Assembly: GCA_020696385.1 (NCBI GenBank)
Contig: JAEHCQ010000003.1
Location: 151,624-215,623 of the forward strand
Length of the DNA stretch: 64,000 nucleotides
Direction: 5' to 3'
Source: Methanobacteriota archaeon
GTDB taxonomy: Archaea > Thermoplasmatota > Thermoplasmata > SG8-5 > JAGLSY01
Positions within the stretch are counted from its first letter, which is position 1, and every line of letters begins with the position of its first letter. This document shows, piece after piece, positions 59,461-64,000 of the stretch. A model generated the notes under the pieces. It was given only the letters and a program-made list of their open reading frames with translations, was not told where the DNA came from and did not search any database. The position numbers and the translations under genes are program-made.

Positions 59461-59494
59461 TCCCATATTTTGGATAATTCAACAAGAAGGTGAT

Positions 59495-60478
59495 CTACTT
59501 CTTATCTGCCTTCTTCTCATCATCCTTTTTGGCCTTGGGTTTTGCCTTTGGCTTGGCTTTTGGCTTTGGCTTGTCTTCTTTCTTTTCATCTGCCTTAACG
59601 TCTGCCTTGGCTTCTTCCTTTGGCTCTTCTTTCTTGATGTATTCCTCGATGAACTTGATGGATTTGTAATCCGTGTGTTCTCTGAGATCTCCAACTATCC
59701 TGTACTTCATGATGAACCAATTCTGGTCGTACTTGCATATCTCGGGCAGGGTGATCTCCAAAAGATCGTCCTTTCCAGATATCATGAAGTCAGTCGAGTT
59801 TCCATAATCCATGGCTATTATGCCCAAAGCCTTCTCATCAGATTTGCTGGCCTTCTTGGATATGGTGTACTCATAGCGGACGGTCTTGCCTGCCAGAGGA
59901 GCATTGAAATCAACTCTCACACGCCCGGACTGAACAGTGACTATCCTTCCAGTCTTGTTCTTGATGGAAACTTCCATCCCAGGATATGGTTGGTATTCTT
60001 CTTTGGCAAAGTCCCTCATTGGGAATATCTCAACAAGCTTTGGGTCCCAGGCACCATCTCCCTCGGATGGTGGGATCTCGACAGTGGTCTTCTTACCGAC
60101 CTCTGCACCTTCGAGTGAATTGTCCAGACCTGCAACGACCCTGTTTGCTCCCACAAGTGTGGTCAGGGGCTGGTATTTGGCCTTTTCATCGAAAATATCC
60201 TCGGCCTTGGCAAGCTCCTCGCTTGTGGTCTCGAACAATTCCTCGGAATCGTCCAGAATGACCCAGGCATCGAAATCAAAGGTAACTATATCTCCCTTTG
60301 AAGCCTTATCGACCTTTTTAGGTTTGGAAGTGCTGGACTTCTTGGTCTCAGTCTTTTTAGTATCAGACGTCTTGGTCTCAGTCTTCTTAGCCTCGGTCTT
60401 CTTTGGCTTGGCGGTACTGGACTTCTTTGTCTCGGTCTTCTTTTTATCAGCAGTTTGCTTCTTCTTATCATCAGCCAT
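59495..60478 (-). CDS. Long-type FKBP peptidyl-prolyl isomerase (SlyD-like) with Lys-rich tails
   Basis: FETT, VVAGLD, VEIPPSEG.G, RVRVDFNAPLAGK motifs and an archaeal long C-domain; GGAGG RBS. Confidence 0.9.
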   Translation of the reverse strand: MADDKKKQTADKKKTETKKSSTAKPKKTEAKKTETKTSDTKKTETKKSSTSKPKKVDKASKGDIVTFDFDAWVILDDSEELFETTSEELAKAEDIFDEKAKYQPLTTLVGANRVVAGLDNSLEGAEVGKKTTVEIPPSEGDGAWDPKLVEIFPMRDFAKEEYQPYPGMEVSIKNKTGRIVTVQSGRVRVDFNAPLAGKTVRYEYTISKKASKSDEKALGIIAMDYGNSTDFMISGKDDLLEITLPEICKYDQNWFIMKYRIVGDLREHTDYKSIKFIEEYIKKEEPKEEAKADVKADEKKEDKPKPKAKPKAKPKAKKDDEKKADKK

Positions 60479-60579
60479 GTGACAATCCTCCTTTGAAGGT
60501 ATCACCGCATAAAGGCGATTGTATTAAATGATTTTGCATGATAAAGCACGATAAGGTCTTAACAGATCAATGGTAAATA

Positions 60580-60587
60580 TTATATAA
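60580..60587 (+). promoter_or_regulatory. Candidate TATA box upstream of the structured rpl10e leader
   Basis: TTATATAA about 20-25 nt upstream of the structured region. Confidence 0.5.
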
Positions 60588-60620
60588 AGCAAGTTATTAC
60601 GCGACTTACCTGATTGGTAG

Positions 60621-60791
60621 TTCAGCACCCGAGTTTGGCTTGTGGTGAGTGCTACAGGATCAAACAATAGTGTTCGATTCAATCCCCAAGAGGGTGAATT
60701 TGAAAGCGAGAACGAAGTGATTGCTTTCAAAATTCCGACAGATATGGAGGAATTTTGATTGCGAGAACGAAGTGATTGCAAACAAATTTCC
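60621..60791 (+). other. Structured leader/ncRNA-like region with element-family motifs (E5) and two GAA-loop hairpins
   Basis: CACCCGAGTTT...ATCAAAC..GTTCGATTC...GAGGGTGA; 19-bp repeat GCGAGAACGAAGTGATTGC at 60706 and 60761. Confidence 0.5.
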
Positions 60792-60814
60792 GGCTTGAAA
60801 AGGAGGAAATAGAT

Positions 60815-61333
60815 ATGGCAGGCAGAAAACCAGCAAAGATGTACAGACAGATCAAAGGTCAGTCCTATACCAGACGCAAGTATATGGGCGGAGTTCCACA
60901 TTTGAGGATCACTAATTTCGAGACCGGAAACAGGCAGACCGATTTCCCGGTAGAGATGCACCTTATTGTGAACGATTCCTGCCAGATCAGACACAATTCT
61001 CTGGAAGCAGCTCGTATTGCAGCCAACAGGTTCATCCAGAGGAAAACTGGAGCACAGGGTTATTTCCTTAAGATCCGTGTGTACCCTCATGAGGTCATCA
61101 GAGAGAATAAGATGGCCACAGGAGCAGGTGCAGATAGGATATCAAGTGGCATGAGAGGAGCCTTCGGAAAACCCGTCGGCACTGCAGCCAGGGTCAAGAG
61201 AGACCAGCCAATCATCACTCTAAAGGTCAACCAGGCCAACTACGAGGATGCAAAGATCGCTCTGTGGAAAGCAGGTCTGAAGATCACCAGTCCATGCAGG
61301 ATTGCCATTATCAGTGGCGAATCTAATGAGTGA
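60815..61333 (+). CDS. rpl10e: 50S ribosomal protein uL16 (L10e)
   Basis: YTRRKYMGGVP, QIRHNSLEAAR, RENKMATGAGADRISSGMRGAFGKP motifs. Confidence 0.97.
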   Translation: MAGRKPAKMYRQIKGQSYTRRKYMGGVPHLRITNFETGNRQTDFPVEMHLIVNDSCQIRHNSLEAARIAANRFIQRKTGAQGYFLKIRVYPHEVIRENKMATGAGADRISSGMRGAFGKPVGTAARVKRDQPIITLKVNQANYEDAKIALWKAGLKITSPCRIAIISGESNE

Positions 61334-61346
61334 GTGAAGAAGCAAC

Positions 61347-61380
61347 TGGCTGGCTTTCAAATGCCAGCCATTTTGTATAT
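61347..61380 (+). terminator. Hairpin plus T-tract after rpl10e
   Basis: TGGCTGGC/GCCAGCCA followed by TTTTG. Confidence 0.6.
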
Positions 61381-61557
61381 TTTAATATCATATTTCACTT
61401 CAATATTTCATTTCAGCATATCATCTGCATATTAAGCAATATGATCAAAGATAAATTGTAGCAATATGCATTATGATCAAAAAATCAATATCAAAAAATT
61501 AAGAGTGGCAGAGGAGTAATTTCTCCTCTGCATTTTTGTTCCATTAACAGGCAACAC

Positions 61558-62199
61558 TCAGTATTGTGGGGGCTGCTGCTGGCCCTGCTGTGGTGGTTGT
61601 TGTGGCGGCTGCTGCGGTGGTGGAGGCTGCTGGTACTGCTGTTGTGGTGGCGGAGCCTGTTGGTATGGTTGTTGCTGGTAAGGTTGCTGCTGGTACTGTT
61701 GTTGTGGTGGTGGTTGTTGGTAGCCTATAAATGCCGGTTCCTTGACCACATAGCAGTGAGCCAGGGTATCGCCAAGACTCTGATTGGTATCCTTCACCAG
61801 AACTAATATTATGTCCAATATGAAGAGTACACCAGTTATCTTGATGATATTCCTTACCAGGGCAGTTGAAAAGCTAACTGGCCTGTATTGTTCATCTACC
61901 ACCTTCATCTTCATCATCTTCTTTCCAATAGAAGCACCATTAGGGCCACTTTCCATGATCGGAAAGTAGATTATTGATATGACGGCCCAGATCACGAAGC
62001 TAAGGTACCAACCAAAGAAGATACCAATAATTGCAGCTATGACCCAGATCAGGATACCATCAATAAGCAAAGCAACGAACCTGTGTATGATGTCAGCATG
62101 TTCCATCGCACGTCCAACATGCTGCGGTGGGTAGTAGCCCTGCGCGGGTTGTTGTTGTCCCTGTGGTGGCGGTTGCTGATAATAATTTCCTTGTCCCAT
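61558..62199 (-). CDS. RDD family membrane protein with Gln/Pro/Tyr-rich tails
   Basis: RFVALLID, SIGKK and QSLGD.LA..YVV motifs. Confidence 0.9.
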   Translation of the reverse strand: MGQGNYYQQPPPQGQQQPAQGYYPPQHVGRAMEHADIIHRFVALLIDGILIWVIAAIIGIFFGWYLSFVIWAVISIIYFPIMESGPNGASIGKKMMKMKVVDEQYRPVSFSTALVRNIIKITGVLFILDIILVLVKDTNQSLGDTLAHCYVVKEPAFIGYQQPPPQQQYQQQPYQQQPYQQAPPPQQQYQQPPPPQQPPQQPPQQGQQQPPQY

Positions 62200-62283
62200 T
62201 TAAATCACCTTTATTCAGCCATATACCAAACTCAATCTATTTCAACTTATCCACGTAAAAACATAAAACATATAAAAGATAAA

Positions 62284-62371
62284 AGTGGCAGAGGAGTAAT
62301 TTCTCCTCTGCATTTTTGTTCCATTAACAGGCAACACTCAGTATTGTGGGGGCTGCTGCTGGCCCTGCTGT
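62284..62371 (-). repeat. Exact 88-bp duplicate of 61504-61591 (RDD tail + 3' UTR + terminator hairpin), lying as a displaced tail behind the second RDD gene
   Basis: Identical sequence including GCAGAGGAG/CTCCTCTGC; separated from the 62384 stop codon by 12 nt. Confidence 0.93.
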
Positions 62372-62383
62372 ACCCAGCATCAA

Positions 62384-63091
62384 TCAATACTGTGGGGGCT
62401 GCTGCTGGCCCTGCTGTGGTGGCTGCTGTGGTGGTGGAGCCTGTGGGTACTGCGGTGGCGGAGCCTGCTGCTGCGGTGGTTGCTGATATTGTGGCTGCTG
62501 TTGATACTGCTGCGGTGGTGGTTGTGGCATGTAGCCAGCATACTGAGGTGCTTCCTTGACCACGTAAGTGTGGGCAAGCATATCCCTCAAACTCTGATTG
62601 TCATCCCTAACCAGTATCATGATCACATCAATAACGAATATCAATCCACCGATGTACGGAATGTACCTTGGAATATTCCTTAAGAAAGCCTTTCCCATAT
62701 CGATGTCCCTGTACTGTTCATCTACCACTTTCAGCTTCATTACCTTCTTACCGATAGTAGCACCAGTTTTACCGCCTTCCATTACAACGAAGTAAAGAAG
62801 GAATATAACTTGAGATATTATATTCATAATAAACATAACACCACCGAACACTCCTGTGGTCAGAGAATTTGGATCAGTCAAGTCAAATGTCAAGAATCCT
62901 CCAAATATGACGATAGCATAGATGATTCCGACCAAGATTCCGACCAAGATCGCATCGATCAAGATAGCGACGAATCTCTGCACGATATCAGCGTGTTCCA
63001 TTGCTCGTCCTACATGCTGTGGTGGGTAATACCCAGGCGGTTGTTGATATTGCTGCTGCGGTGGTGGCTGTTGATAATTTCCTTGTCCCAT
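62384..63091 (-). CDS. RDD family membrane protein, tandem paralogue
   Basis: Same MGQGNY..PPQHVGRAMEHADI start and QQGQQQPPQY end as the downstream gene. Confidence 0.9.
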   Translation of the reverse strand: MGQGNYQQPPPQQQYQQPPGYYPPQHVGRAMEHADIVQRFVAILIDAILVGILVGIIYAIVIFGGFLTFDLTDPNSLTTGVFGGVMFIMNIISQVIFLLYFVVMEGGKTGATIGKKVMKLKVVDEQYRDIDMGKAFLRNIPRYIPYIGGLIFVIDVIMILVRDDNQSLRDMLAHTYVVKEAPQYAGYMPQPPPQQYQQQPQYQQPPQQQAPPPQYPQAPPPQQPPQQGQQQPPQY

Positions 63092-63236
63092 TTTTTTCAC
63101 CCTTCCATATTTACATCATCATGGCACTTTGGCCATAACTATAATGATAATGTTTGGGTAGTATATCAATATTACTACAATTTAGCTACAAATTATCTCA
63201 AACCACTGCAAAAAAGCATATAATTTCAGGAGTTTA

Positions 63237-64000
63237 TCATAATGGAGCAAGAGCAGTTGTCAACAGAGTACCCAGCTCATCCAGGGCCCTGAGCTGGTAA
63301 ACCTCTCTATGTGGCAGAGGGAATCCCGCGGCCTTCATATACCACACAGCATGCTTGCGCATACGCTTAATTCCAGAATCCTTGCCATAGTATTCTGTCT
63401 CCAGCCTGGCATGGTCCATTATAGTACTCAGAAGCAATTCTTTCGACATCCTTTCGAACTTGCCAGTCCTGAAAAGGGAAAAGGATGTTCCAATAAGATC
63501 TGGCCGACCACGTAAGCCACGGCCCAACAACACACCCTCCGCCCCCGTGTGATGGAGTAGATCAACCGCTTTCTCCTCGGTAAGCCCGCCTCCATTGGCC
63601 AGGATCGGAATACCAGCCTCCCCGACCACACTTTTCAGGGCATCCCAATCACTATCACCACTAAATTTCTGCGCAACAGTACGCCCGTGGAAAGTTAGAA
63701 AAGATGCTCCAGCCTCCTCCAGCCTTCTGGCAAGCATGATGGATTCATCCTTGTAATATCCCAGTCTTAGCTTTACAGAAACAGGAATGTCGATACTGCC
63801 AGATATTTGGCTCACCATGTCAGCCAGCTTGTCCGGGTCCTTCAATAGAGTACCACCACTGCCAGTCTTCAGGATGATCGGCTCTGGACATGCGGCATTG
63901 ATGTCCAGGATATCCGCTCCCATCCCCTCGGCCATCTTTGCAGCGGTGACCATTCTTTCAACCTTGTTTCCCACGATCTGAAAGGCAACTGGGTGATGCT
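63237..64000 (-). CDS. dus: tRNA-dihydrouridine synthase (5' end outside window)
   Basis: DINAACP, SGGTLL, SVKLRLG, HGRT, ANGG, GRG and MRKH motifs. Confidence 0.9.
   Translation of the reverse strand, partial: HHPVAFQIVGNKVERMVTAAKMAEGMGADILDINAACPEPIILKTGSGGTLLKDPDKLADMVSQISGSIDIPVSVKLRLGYYKDESIMLARRLEEAGASFLTFHGRTVAQKFSGDSDWDALKSVVGEAGIPILANGGGLTEEKAVDLLHHTGAEGVLLGRGLRGRPDLIGTSFSLFRTGKFERMSKELLLSTIMDHARLETEYYGKDSGIKRMRKHAVWYMKAAGFPLPHREVYQLRALDELGTLLTTALAPL

Noticed and set aside
60600-60700. tRNA gene (GTTCGATTC resembles a T-loop)
   Set aside because: No acceptor stem, D-arm or anticodon arm can be formed around it.

Overview
Archaeal chromosomal window. It is inferred to be Thermoplasmata, plausibly Thermoprofundales/MBG-D-like, from the stand-alone 5S rRNA, split guaAA/guaAB, Cbf5, prefoldin beta, Pcc1, rpl10e, TATA/GGTGA signals and a secreted clostripain-carboxypeptidase. 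It holds housekeeping genes (cbf5-cmk-DUF106, pcc1-pfdB-DHH, pckG, apt/hpt, guaA/purE/purM, mutase B12 subunit-meaB, FKBP, rpl10e, dus). It also has a TPR-TPR-Rab-like GTPase-longin module in which two genes appear to start at ATT and ATC, and a ~21 kb surface cluster: three pilin-like proteins (two giant paralogues with swapped internal cassettes), an M14+C11 peptidase and a 1933-aa CARDB/zinc-ribbon protein. The most unusual signal is non-coding. A dispersed, covarying, strand-specific structured element of about 110-210 bp sits just after the stop codon of unrelated genes (pckG, a hypothetical gene, guaAA) and is followed by a second copy of that gene's last 40-60 nt, which is either identical or differs almost only at synonymous positions. 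Related modules lie at 22.7 kb, probably 60.6 kb and possibly 1-120, and an element-less displaced tail lies at 62.3 kb. This suggests an undescribed gene-tail-replacing mobile or guide element; no cognate enzyme is visible in the window. All product calls come from motif recognition, not database searches.
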